From contig OZ024740.1 of the NCBI GenBank assembly GCA_964016885.1, forward strand, positions 1,798,001-1,862,000: a stretch of 64,000 nt of DNA. Direction: 5' to 3'. The DNA comes from Eledone cirrhosa. Lineage: Eukaryota. Below the pieces are notes generated by a model. That model had not been told where the DNA came from. It saw nothing but the letters and a program-made list of their open reading frames with translations, and did no database searches. A program made the translations under genes and the position numbers. How positions within the stretch are numbered: position 1 is the first letter of the stretch; each line of letters starts with the position of its first letter. Shown here one piece after another: positions 1 through 11,924 of this stretch.

Positions 1-677
1 GGAGCTAGTATTTTGTGGGCACTTGCTGCTACTTATTGCACCAGAGCACCGGCCACATGTAAAATCTATGTTCTTAGTTAGCTTACCTGTGATCCCACTA
101 CATCTTTTATGCACCCATACTTTGCATTTGGGACATAAAATGGAGTTTCTACCTACGCCTTTCCTACACACTGAGCATGGCCATTTCCCCGATGGGACCG
201 CCGCCTTATTTTCTTTCCTACAAACTAGAACTTTAGTCTTAGCCAGGTTAATTTTAAGGCCTTTTGATTCTAGGCCGTGCTTCCACGTTTGGAATTTCTT
301 CTCTAGTTCGGTCATTGATTCAGCTATGAGCGTTAGATCATCTGCGTATAGGAGTTCCCATGGGCAGCCGGTCTTGAACTCCTCTGTTATAGCCTGAAGG
401 GCAATAATAAATAGTAGGGGGCTAAGTACAGAGCCCTGATGGACACCAACTTTTACGCTAAACTCTTCACTATATTCGTTGTTAATTCTAACCTTACTGA
501 CTGTTTCTTTATACATGGCTTGTATAGCTCTCACAAGCCATTCGTCAACACCTAGTTTTCTAAGAGACCACCAGATAATGGAACGGGGGACTCTGTCGAA
601 GGCTTTCTCCAAGTCGACAAAAGCTAAGTATAGGGGTTTACTTTTAGCTAGGTACTTCTCCTGTAGTTGTCGTACAA
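1..677 (-). mobile_element. RTE-clade LINE fragment (family C), RT region; runs off the window start
   Basis: Closely matches 34494-35150 ([20 protein letters not shown] on minus strand); 5' end stops a few bases before (TA)n at about 686-730. Confidence 0.9.
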
Positions 678-682
678 TGAAA

Positions 683-734
<52 letters not shown>

Positions 735-744
735 TTATTCAGGT

Positions 745-1150
745 TTGAGGTTCACCACTGTATAGAGCTGGTCTATTCCGTATGGTCAATCGTAATGCAA
801 TAATATAGAGAGTACTCAACATAAGGCAGTTCAACCGTCTTTGTTTTTGTAGTTGGTGGTGCTATTACGGAGTTAAATATTATAATGAAATGACAGGAGG
901 CTGGATTTATGTAAATCCTTGAAAGGTTTATTATACTATGATCATTTCAATGACCGGGTTCCGTATGAATCCGGTGATATCATCAGGTATTCGAAATATA
1001 ATACGTGAATGTATCTATTACATTCACGTATTATATTTCGAATACCTGATGATATCACCGGATTCATACGGAACCCGGTCATTGAAATGATCATAGTATA
1101 ATAAACCTTTCAAGGATTTACACAAATCCAGCCTCCTGTCATTTCATTAT
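745..1150. mobile_element. Penelope-like pseudo-LTR fragment with fold-back (arms 882-1013 / 1019-1150)
   Basis: About 132-bp near-perfect inverted arms with a 5-nt loop; each arm has a hammerhead motif followed by AATAAA; flanked by (TA)n. PLE assignment is inferred from architecture only. Confidence 0.65.
1042..1099 (+). ncRNA. Minimal type-I hammerhead ribozyme motif (mirror copy 933-990 on minus strand)
   Basis: atac-CTGATGA-[stem II with accgg/ccggt]-GAAA-tgatca-TA-gtat: stem I atac/gtat, palindromic stem/loop III. Confidence 0.7.
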
Positions 1151-1416
1151 TATATATATATTTGTTTGTTTTATTTTTGTTTTTGTTGACAAACTTTCAT
1201 CTGCTAAGTGACCTGTTACCACAGATCAGTGACATGCAACAGGCTTACTGCAATAACACTTTCAATTGTCTTATATATCCTATCTATCTCCTCTGCTCTT
1301 TACAATAAGCATCATGTAAAATCTTTCTGAACCTTTCTGTAAAAAATTCATCAATTCATAACATTTCTTTAAAACAATTCTTAATATCTACTGAAACTTT
1401 AATGACACTTCCTTAA

Positions 1417-1819
1417 TTTGAGATTTGATCTCGTGACTTTGTGCCTCACAAACCAGCTCAGTTATATTTGAGATTTGATCTCGTCACTTTGAGCCTCACA
1501 AACCAGCTCAGTTATATTTGAGATTTGATCTCATCACTTTGAGCCTCACAAACCAGCTCAGATATATTTGAGATTTGATCTCATCACTTTGAGCCTCACA
1601 AACCAGCTCAGATCTATTTTAGGTTTGATATCATCACTTTGAGCCTCACAAACCAGCTCATATCTATTTTAGATTTGATCTCTTGACTTTGAGCCTCACA
1701 AACCAGCTCAGATATATTTGAGATTTGATCTCATCACTTTGAGCCTCACAAACCAGCTCAGATCTATTTTAGGTTTGAACTCATCACTTTGAGCCTCACA
1801 AACCAGCTCACATCTATTT
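1417..1819. repeat. 50-bp minisatellite, about 8 copies
   Basis: Unit tttgagatttgatctcatcactttgagcctcacaaaccagctcagatata at 50-bp period. Confidence 0.95.
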
Positions 1820-2353
1820 CTATTTGTTATTGTTGTCATATATGTTGTTGTTGTTGTAGGTGCTACTGATGTTATATATGTTGTTGTTGTTTTAGATATT
1901 ACTGATGTTATATATGTTGTTGTTGCTATCGATATTAGTGTTGTTGTTATTGTTAGTAGTGTTGTACTTGTTAAAAATCCATATCTATAATAAAGTTTTC
2001 CATCACAACAATCAACAGTTTTCTAATCCAAATCAACTCTATTATTCTATCAAATCAATTCTGTCATCTTGTCTTGGTAACATCTGTGTTTTTTCTTCTC
2101 TTGTTTTTTTTTTAGCCTTTTTTACCATTTCTCTTTCAATAGAAAAGGTTATCTTTCATACTATGTTCACCTCCCTCTCTCTATATATATCTTGCTATAT
2201 TTATATGTATGTATATATATATATATATATTTATGTAATACATATGTGTGTGTGTACCAGTTACTGTGTGTCCCTACTTTCTGAATAAGCAATTAACTGC
2301 AACATCATAAAGTACTTATAGTAGAATACCAAATGTCTCTTTAATGTGTGTTA

Positions 2354-2408
<55 letters not shown>

Positions 2409-2456
2409 ATAGGTAAACAGAAATAACAACACAATTGGTACAGTATATGGAAGGGA

Positions 2457-4969
2457 TCATCATCATCATCATCATCATCATTTTACGTCCGCTTTTCCCT
2501 GCTTGCAAGGGTGGGACGGGTCTTATTCAGCACAGCATCTCTCCACTCGTCACGGTCCCTCGTCATCTCCACCGTGAGCTTCAATGATCTGAGGTCTGTT
2601 CTCAACACCTCTGCCCATGTTTTTCGTGGTGTACCTCTACCACGTCTTCCTTCAACTGGCAATTCCTGGCACTTCTTCACCCATTGGTCATCCTCCATGC
2701 GCATCACATGTCCATACCACCTCAGTCTCCTCTCCCGTACACTACATTCTATCCCTCTCAGACACAGTTTCGCTCTCAACACATTTATGCTGGGTCGTTC
2801 ACGCACATTTACACTGCACATCCAACGGAGCATGCTTGCCTCATTTCTCTCCAGCCGTCGCATATCCTCTGCGGTAGCTGCCCATGTCTCACTACCATGC
2901 AGCATCGCGCTCCTCACACAGGCATCATACAACCGGCCTTTCGTACACAGGGAGAAACCCTTCTTCGTCAACAGAGGAAGCAGTTCCCTAAACTTCTTCC
3001 AACCCGTCCTTATTCTAGATACTATGGCCTCGGAACACCCTCCTCCCATGCTAATCTGATCTCCTAGGTACCGGAAGCTGTCCACCACTTCTATAGCGCC
3101 CTCTTGCATTTGAAAAATGTGTCTATCAGTGCGACTTCTACTGTCTAATTTCCCTGTACATCTACTGCATACATATTTCTCCCTACCTGTTAGTTTGCCT
3201 GCTATCCCGCTACATCTCTTGTGTACCCAGGATCTGCATTGTGTGCATTTTATAGAATTTATGCCAGTTCCTTTTCTGCATATCGAACATGGCCATTTCC
3301 CTGACGGAATCAGGGTTTTGTCCTCTTTTCTACTCATCAACACTTTTGTCTTAGCTAGATTCACTCTCAGTCCTCTTGCTTCCAACTGCTGTTTCCATAG
3401 CCAGAATTTATTCTCTAGCTCCTCTACTGATTCTGCTATAAGAACCAGATCATCAGCATAGAGAAGTTCCCATGGACAGCCAGTCTTAAACTCCTCTGTT
3501 ATGGCTTGGAGGACTATAATGAACAAGAGCGGGCTGAGGACCGAACCCTGATGTACTCCTACTTGTATCTGGAATTCCTCACTAAACTCCATTCCTACCC
3601 TGACTTTACTGAGAGTACCTCTGTACAAAGTTTGCAGTGTCCTCACAAGCCATTCGTCAACACCTAGCTTCCTTAGGGACCACCAGATGACAGATCGGGG
3701 TACCCTATCAAAGGCCTTCTCTAGGTCAACAAAGGCTAAGTATAGTGGCTTATTCTTCTCTAAGAACCTCTCTTGCAATTGTCTCACCAAGAAGAGGGCA
3801 TCTGTTGTACTCTTCCCAGGCACAAAACCAAACTGCATCTCATCTAGTTTGACCCTTTCTCTAATTAGTTGTGCTAAAATCCTTTCTGCCACTTTCATAA
3901 CCTGATCTATCAGTTTTATACCCCTATAATTGCTCCTCTCCAAAGTATCCCCTTTACCTTTGTAGCAATTTATGAGAATACTGCTGCACCAGTCTTTGGG
4001 TATGACACCACCATATATAGCCTGATTGATGATGCGTGCAACCAGTTTAGTGCCTACGTCCCCTGATGCCTTCAGCATCTCAGCAACTATTCCCGATGGT
4101 CCGGCAGCCTTACCATTTTTCATTTCCTTAATCACCTCTTGGACCCTATATTCGTCAATCTCAATAGCTGGTCCCTCTGTCGGATCCACCAAGGGTAATT
4201 TCTCTCTCTCCCATTCGTTCTCCACATTCATCAGTCTCTCATAATGACATTTCCAGGCCTCCTTTTTCTGATCATTCGTGACACTAAATACACCGGCATC
4301 ATCCCAGACACATTTAACTCCAACAACATCCTGATTTGCATTGACACACTGCCTTGCAATGTGGAACACCGCACGCCTCTGATCTTCCCGTCGCAGAACA
4401 TTGGCAAACCTCCTACTCTCTGCCTCCCTGCGTGCTAAGTACACCTGACGTCTAGCTTCTCTCTTAGTGGCTGTATATTCTTCCCTACTCCCACCATTTT
4501 TCCAAGCCTTACATGCTAGTCTTTTGTCTCTAATAGCCTTATCTACTGTGCTGTTCCACCACCAGGTCACTCTGTCTGGTTGGAGCTCTGCTCCAGCCAC
4601 AGGTTTCATCAGTAGCCTGCAGCAAGTTGTCACATAAGAACTTCCAGTTATTATCTATGTCATACGTCTCTAAATCGTCTTCTTTTTCGTCATATACATC
4701 TTGAAGGGCTTTCCTAAATTTGTATTTTAGTGAAAGGTCTTTTAGCTTCCAGACCTTTCTTCTCCACACCTTCCTATATGTCTCATTCCATCTCTTGCTT
4801 ACTGAGATATCACTAACAACTAACCTATGCTGTGGGGTACATTCTTCCCCAGGGTATGCCTTGGTATTAGACAATATCTGCCTGTCCCGCTGCCTAACTA
4901 GCAGGAAGTCAATCTGGCTTATGTGCTCACCAGATTTGTAGGTTATTAGGTGATTGGCAGGTTTCTGGA
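2457..4969 (-). mobile_element. RTE-clade LINE (family A), 5'-truncated and frameshifted
   Basis: ORFs 2483-4633 and 4539-4874 nearly identical to 52644-55709; 2-bp deletion near 4575; (ATG)n tail; 5' end abuts (TA)n. Confidence 0.95.
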
Positions 4970-5037
4970 TATATATATATATATATATATATACACAATA
5001 TATTAATAAATGGAAACTATATTTATAAAACCATATT

Positions 5038-5103
5038 TATTTTCTTATATATATTTCAAGGGCAACCAAGGCAAATTATGGTGTGCTTTCATCAGATAAA
5101 ATA
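5038..5103 (-). ncRNA. Minimal type-I hammerhead ribozyme motif
   Basis: Minus strand: tattttat-CTGATGA-aag..ctt-GAAA-tatata-TA-agaaaata; homologous to 59129-59193. Confidence 0.6.
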
Positions 5104-5323
5104 CAGATTTGTTTTATAAATAAATATTGACATACCCGGAAAAAAAGAGACAACCTTAACGGTTGGAGCTTCCTGTGTGTGTGTGTGTATATATATATAC
5201 ACACACACACATATATACAGAGAGAGAGAGATACAATGTCGTAATAGTTTTAGATATTTATGTCTGGTCTATGTATGTAGCCGTCGAAACGGCTTGAGCT
5301 CTGCCATCGGGGTCATACTTGTT

Positions 5324-5376
<53 letters not shown>

Positions 5377-5455
5377 GCTGTAGATATTTATGTCTGGTCT
5401 ATGTATATATATATATATATAGTAGCTGTACATATTTATGTCTGGTCTATGTATG

Positions 5456-5494
<39 letters not shown>

Positions 5495-5536
5495 TAGCTG
5501 TAGATATTTATGTCCAGTCTGTGTATGTGTATATAT

Positions 5537-7417
5537 CATCATCATTATCACCGATTTACGTCCATTCTTCCATGCTAGCATGGGTTAGACGGGTTGTCCT
5601 GTTGTGGGCACTGTCTGGTTGGCTGACCATGCCTTGCTCATACAGGAACTGATTTGGCTTGATTTCTACAGCTGGATGCCCTTCCTAACACCAACCTCAT
5701 TTACAGTGAGTGGTGGGTGCTTTTTCCGTGGCGCCTACACGTCCACTTTACAGTGTGGGCTGGGTGCTTATTTGCCGTGGCACCTCCACGACCACCTTGC
5801 AGTGGGAGGGTGTGGGGGCATATTGTCTATATGCTTCAGCTTGTACCCATGGGAGGTCGGGTACTCTGTATTACTGCGTGACGCCAAAGGTCACGGTCGT
5901 GTGTCATCGCCTTTGAGAGGTGTAATTGGGTAAGGTTGGCTTTTATCACCTCATCCCAGGTCTTCTTGGGTCTCCCCACTCCGCGGTTTCCATTGACTTC
6001 TAGTGCTCTGTACCTTTTTATGCAGCTGTCATCCTTCATACGCATCACACGTCAATACCAACGCAACCGCCTCTCCTGCACACAGCATTTGATTCCTCTT
6101 ATGCTCAGTCTCTCTCTCAATTCATTTATGCTTTGCCGTTCGCGTATATTACTATTACACATCCATCGGAGCATGTAGGCTTCGTTTCTTTCTAATCTAC
6201 GTAAGTCTTCCACCTTCAGCGCCTAGGTCTCACTGCCATGTAACATTGTTGTTCGGATACAATAAAGGGTATGGAGGCACATGGCTTAGTGGTTAAACAT
6301 TGGCCTTGCAATCGAAAGGTTGTGAGTTCAATTCTCAGACCGGGTGATGTGTTGTTTCCTTGAGCAAGACACTTTATTTCACATTGCTCCAGTTTACTCA
6401 GCTGTAGAAATGAGATGATAGGGACCCCAGTCCCTATCATTCCACTGCAAAGTGGATGTGGAGGTGCCACGGCAAAAAAGCACCCATCACTCACTGTAAA
6501 ATGAGGTTGGTGTTAGAAAGGGCATCCAGCTGTAGAAATCAAGCCAGAATCAGTTCCCGTCCCACCCTTGCAAGCAGGGAAAAAGCGGACGTAAAATGAA
6601 ATGAATGAAGCCTTTTGCAGCTAGCAGTAGCAGTAGTTCTCTGAACTTCTTCCATCCCGTTCATACCCTAGTTATTGTACTTTCTGAACACCCACCTCCG
6701 CTGCTAATTCGATCACCTAGGTAGCAGAAGCTGTCTACTGTTTCTACAGATCCCTCCCAGAGATTGGTGGTACTTGTTTCCTGTGGCTGTTTGCTGCTTG
6801 CTCTCCCAGCACAGCTGCTGCATGTGAAGCCTACATTTTTAATTAAGCTTCCTGAGATCCCGCTACATCTCTTGTGTACCCATTGTTTGCATTTGGGGTA
6901 GAGAATGGAGTTCCTACCTACACTTTTCCTACATACTGAGCAAGCCCATTTCCCTGAGGGGATCTGGGTTCTGTTTTCTCGTCTACTTACAAGGACCTTA
7001 GTCTTTGTCATGTTGACTTTGAGACCCTTTCTTTCTAGTCCCTGCTTCCAAGTTTGGAATTTCTTCTCTAGTTCTACCATAGATTCAGCTATGAGTGCGA
7101 GGCCATCAGCATACAGGAGTTCCCATGGGCATCCGGTCTTAACTCCTTCGTTATTGCCTGCAGCACTATGATGAACAGGAGAGGGCTAAGAACAGAGCCC
7201 TGGTGGACACCAACCTGTACGCTAAATTCCTCGCTATACTCATTGCTAATCCTAACTTTGCTGACTGCTCCCCTATACATGGCTTGTACAGCTTTCACAA
7301 ACCATTCATCTACTCCTACTTTTCTAAGAGCCCACCAGATTATAGCACGTGGAGGCTGTCAAAGGCTTTCTCGAGATCGACGAATGCCAGGTAGAGTGGC
7401 TTACTTTTAGCTAGGTA
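5537..7417 (-). mobile_element. RTE-clade LINE (family B), 5'-truncated and degenerate, interrupted by a SINE
   Basis: Homologous to 39246-40820; broken RT/C-terminal ORF pieces, 3' UTR and (ATG)n tail. Confidence 0.92.
6271..6607 (+). mobile_element. tRNA-derived SINE with RTE-derived 3' part
   Basis: A-box-like tggcttagtgg and B-box-like gagttcaattc; near-identical copy at 30439-30770; 3' end equals the RTE-A 3' terminus. Confidence 0.85.
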
Positions 7418-7740
7418 TATATACTTTTAGCTATATATATATAAACAGAGGTATCCACAGTAAGTTGTGGGGTCTATTCTGCATGAAGAACTTGATGTAA
7501 TCCATATGTTGAAAATGTTGTAGGTTAAGATAAATCCTGGAAAACAATAAAACATTAAAAGGAAAACAGTCATGATGTAAGTTAAAACAATGAAATAAAA
7601 AATCAAGTCATTAGAGATATACTTCACTGCTTTACTATCGTTTCTAGGTGATGATAATACATTGTAGCTATACTCCGTTATTGATCTATGTAAGGTTAGT
7701 TACAAAATATCAGATAAAGAGAATATTTACTTACATGCAT

Positions 7741-7787
7741 ATCACCAGCTGTTTTCAAAAGCAATGCTTTTGAAAACAGCTGGTGAT
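7741..7787. repeat. Perfect palindrome with 23-bp arms
   Basis: atcaccagctgttttcaaaagca-a-tgcttttgaaaacagctggtgat. Confidence 0.9.
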
Positions 7788-8385
7788 GATGATGATATAT
7801 AGTAGCTGTAGATATTTATGTCTGGTCTGTATAAGTTACAATAGGTAACTTTCCTAAAATACCACTGTTCTGTAACTATAGATTTAGGACATTCTCAATG
7901 GTACTGGCTACAGTTTAATGTTGATTAGATCATCACCATCAATACCATCACCATCATCAATACCATCAATACCATCAATACCATCACCATCATCAATACC
8001 ATCAATACCATCATCACCAACATCATCACCATAATCATCATCATCACAGATAATTGACAGGTGTTAGAGTGATGGACAATAAAGCCAAGGTCAGCCTTGA
8101 TAATATAAAGTACCAGCCCAAGGCAATGGATTATCAGGTGCCTTCTGGTATTTGTTTTGTGTTCAGATCTTACTGTCACCTACATGCACGGTAGCTTTAA
8201 TCTATTGCCTCACCTGACCCATCGGTGCCTTTAGTAAGGTGCAGTCTATGGCAATCATTCCTCTAGTTTAAGGATAGCCTCCTCTCTTACTCCCATCAGT
8301 TTTGTGACCACTGGGAAAGGTCATGGGCATTGCCTTTCTCCTCCCCCTTCCCCAAACTAAACAGTAAACAACAAATACTATGTCA

Positions 8386-8428
8386 ACTCTGGATATGTTT
8401 CAGTCTTATTAGACCTCATCAGCAAAGT
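8386..8428 (-). ncRNA. Minimal type-I hammerhead ribozyme motif
   Basis: Minus strand: actttg-CTGATGA-ggtct aata agact-GAAA-cata-TC-cagagt; 6-bp stem I and 5-bp stem II (each with one G-U). Confidence 0.7.
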
Positions 8429-10382
8429 GTATATTAGCATGTTGTACTATATCTTTGAAAGAAAGCATCTTTTGAAAATTTACCCTTGTCACAGTCTGTC
8501 CGTCTGTTAGGTTGGACTGGATTTCTTAATATAAGATCTGGTGACACCAGGATAGTTTGTGACATCTCACAGATTCTAACAGCAAAGGAGTGGTTCCTAT
8601 TTGTTTGTATAGTTGGTAATTTAATACATCACCTAGTTTCTTTATTAGTTTAGCCTCAACTGTGGTGAGAAGTCTGAGAGTTTAAAGAACATTTGACTAT
8701 AATTAAAACTATTCTATAGAAAACTAATTCTTCCACTCCTCCTGAACATGTGTAATGAAAGAAACTGGGCAAGTTATTACAATCCAGATTTTTCAAAAAT
8801 AAAACACATTCATTTATTTAGATATAATATTTCAGTTTCAGAACTATATACGTTGTAAAACCTTCTTCATTTTTTTCAAATTTCACAATGCTTCACACCT
8901 ATTTTTCTCAAACAAAAGTTTAAATTACATATATACATGCGTCTGTATAATATAAATCAGGGTTAGAGAGGACTTTTTGGTCACGTTACATACATAACAG
9001 CCTTGCTAGTGATGGAGCCTGTATATTCTGTAATTGAATTGGTGTAAGGAAAAGCCGCCAGCTGTAAAAGGACTATAAGAGTACCCTGCCTGTCTACCTG
9101 TCTAGGAAGACAGTTACTCTGTATAAGGACTGTTTTGGAAAGTAATGACCTATGTATATTATTTAAACAGATTTGACATAGTTATGGTGTTTTACATTCT
9201 GAGTTCAAATCCCACCATGATTAGCTTTGCATTTCATCCTTATGGTCAATAAACTACCAGTAATGTACTCTGGTTGATTTAGTCAACCCCCCCCCCCCCC
9301 CCCCCTCCCCTTCAAATTGCTGGCCTTGTGCCAAATGTAGAAACAATAATTTAAACAGATTCTGTGCTAAAACTTTTAATCTGTTCAAATAATAAATATT
9401 TGCTCTATAGTTATCTAAGCATATATGGTCTTTTCAACTTTCTACTTAAACACACACATACACACACACACATACATACACACACATGGCACAGCTTGAG
9501 AGTAACTTTGAAGTTTCATTAGTGATGGTTTCATCAGGCTGAGTTCTGTTGATGTAGATAATAGTTGAATGTTTGAGGGTCCATTTTGTGGAGGGAGTAT
9601 AAGTTGTAAGAATAAGATCTGCTTTGTATTGGTAATATGAATCATCATCATCGTTTAACATCCATTTTCCACACTGGCATAGGTAGGACAGACTGTCCTA
9701 TTGTGAGAGATCCAGGTCGGAAGGACCGGGATTTGCTCATACAGAACTGATTTTGGCTTAGTTTCTATGGCTGTATGCGCTTCCTATTGGTTCTAGAATG
9801 GTGGGGGAGAAGTATAAATAGCTCTCATTTGTAGCTTGAATGTTTCAGTGGAAAAATATGGAGGATGAAAAGATTTGTGTTGATTGAAATCAGTTGAATG
9901 TTGAGCTCAACAAAGGCTTATAGGAATTAAAGAAATGTGAACATACCCAGTGTCCTGATCTACGTTTTACATTTCATTGTTACTGATAACAAGTAGCCAA
10001 TATTTATCTATCTGTCAATCTATCTATCTCACACACACACACCTGTTAACCCTTTACCATTTACATTACTCTATATTTACTATTATATTTTCACGGTAAA
10101 CACTTTACCTCACATATTATTGAATCTATGAGATTTTGATATTATTTATTTTGAGAACAATACCTTAACATAAGTATGAGCAGCCAGTTACAGCCGGTTT
10201 GAACAGAAAGAAGTGAGAGATATGGCTGGTTTAAATGCTAGAGGTGTGTATAGTTTCAGCTTTTTAAGGCCAGCCAAATGGTATGTATAAGTCTTTAACA
10301 GCCACTGCAGAAAACTTTTCTTTTGTTAATAAAACATGGTCTTCCTCACACACGACTGGACACTCATGGTATCTTTACGTTT

Positions 10383-10692
10383 GTGTGTATTGTAGCATGT
10401 TCTGTACTAGATACTAAATATATACTGCTACTGGTTGGTCTGACTGACCACAGGAGATATAGTGTGTATTGTAGCATGTTCTGTACTAGATACTAAATAT
10501 ATACTGCTACTGGTTGGTCTGACTGACCACAGGAGATATAGTGTGTACTGTAGCATGTTCTGTACTAGATACTAAATATATACTGCTACTGGTTGGTCTG
10601 ACTGACCACAGGAGATATAGTGTGTATTGTAGCATGTTCTGTACTAGATACTAAATATATACTGCTACTGGTTGGTCTGACTGACCACAGGA
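10383..10692. repeat. 79-bp minisatellite, about 4 copies
   Basis: gtgtgtattgtagcatgttctgtactagatac...gaccacaggagatata at 79-bp period. Confidence 0.95.
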
Positions 10693-11497
10693 CATGTAGT
10701 GAATACAAAGAGTTGATGGTAAAGTGCCAACATAAGAGGACAATGTTGATTGTTTATTTAGTGCCAAGTTGAAATCTTCCTAGAACTGAATAAATAAATA
10801 AACAACCAATTTCTCATCATGGAAATTTCCAAATAGACAAATTGGTTCTTTTGGATGTTAACACTAATTTCACATAAATAGCATTAATTTCACATAAAGC
10901 TATTGCTACTTCACCTAGCTGTGCTTACATCATCATCAACATCGTCATCATTATCATCATCATCAGATCTGGTTTTCTATGCTGTCTTCAGACAGTTATG
11001 GAACATGGGACAAAATGCCATGAGTTATTTGCTCCAATTCTCCATACTACACTCTTGAGTTCTAATTCTACTAATGTCAAATTTTACCTTTCATCTTTAC
11101 GAGGTCAATAAAATGGCAGCGGTAGACTGGCTGAATTGTTAATGTCAAATGAGATACTTTGTTCTATTTTATTTACATTCAATGTTCAAATCGCATTGTG
11201 ACCTACTTGGATTGCAGAGTTAGGCTATTACCCTGTTTAACACCACCACCACAACATGGCCCATCAGTTCCTTTAGCAGAGTGTCTTTTGCAAATATTCA
11301 GGCCAGGCCTCTGCTTTTAAGATACCTTTATCCCTCCATCCCAACTGTCTAGCAAGTCCGGTAAAAGATCGTGGATACTGGCATTCCATCCCTAACTAAA
11401 CAGTAAAAAATAAAATTCTATGACATGGAAGCTATCAACAATAGACTCCTCTCTTCCTCTTTACTATCTTTGACTTACACCTTCAGCCATACTTGTG

Positions 11498-11850
11498 GCC
11501 ACAGTATGGCTGAAGGTGTAAGATGTTCACACCTGTCATTAGGTCCTGGGTTTAATCTCAAGACATAGCATCTTGACCACAGTATGGCTGAAGAAGTAAG
11601 ACATTCCCATCTCAGTCTTTCGGTCCTGGGTTTAATCTTAAGACATGGCATCTTGACCAAGTGTCATTTACCATCGACTTGGGTAAACAGAAACTGTTTG
11701 GAAGCCTGTATGTTATACTGTACCTATACTTGTCACAGTGTTATACTGAACCTCCCTGAGAATTACATTATAGGTACACGTGCCTGTGGAATGCTCAGGC
11801 ACTTACACTTTAATTTAAGGCATTGATCTAACAAGTGGAACACTTACCAG
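11498..11850 (+). mobile_element. Degenerate SINE with duplicated tRNA-like head and small 5' fold-back
   Basis: Head-like segment repeated (11498-11580, 11577-11660); inverted 20-bp arms at 11474-11522. Confidence 0.55.
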
Positions 11851-11924
11851 AGATCCTTTCCATTTGGTATGGGAAAGAATCCCTTCCATTGTTGTCTTCT
11901 CTTAGATCCTGCTTCTTCTCTATT

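Noticed and set aside
6271-6345. tRNA gene
   Set aside because: A/B-box-like motifs belong to a SINE head; no complete cloverleaf.
7430-7560. Possible host exon on the minus strand after ttttattgttttccag
   Set aside because: No recognisable protein, no convincing donor site, no partner exons.
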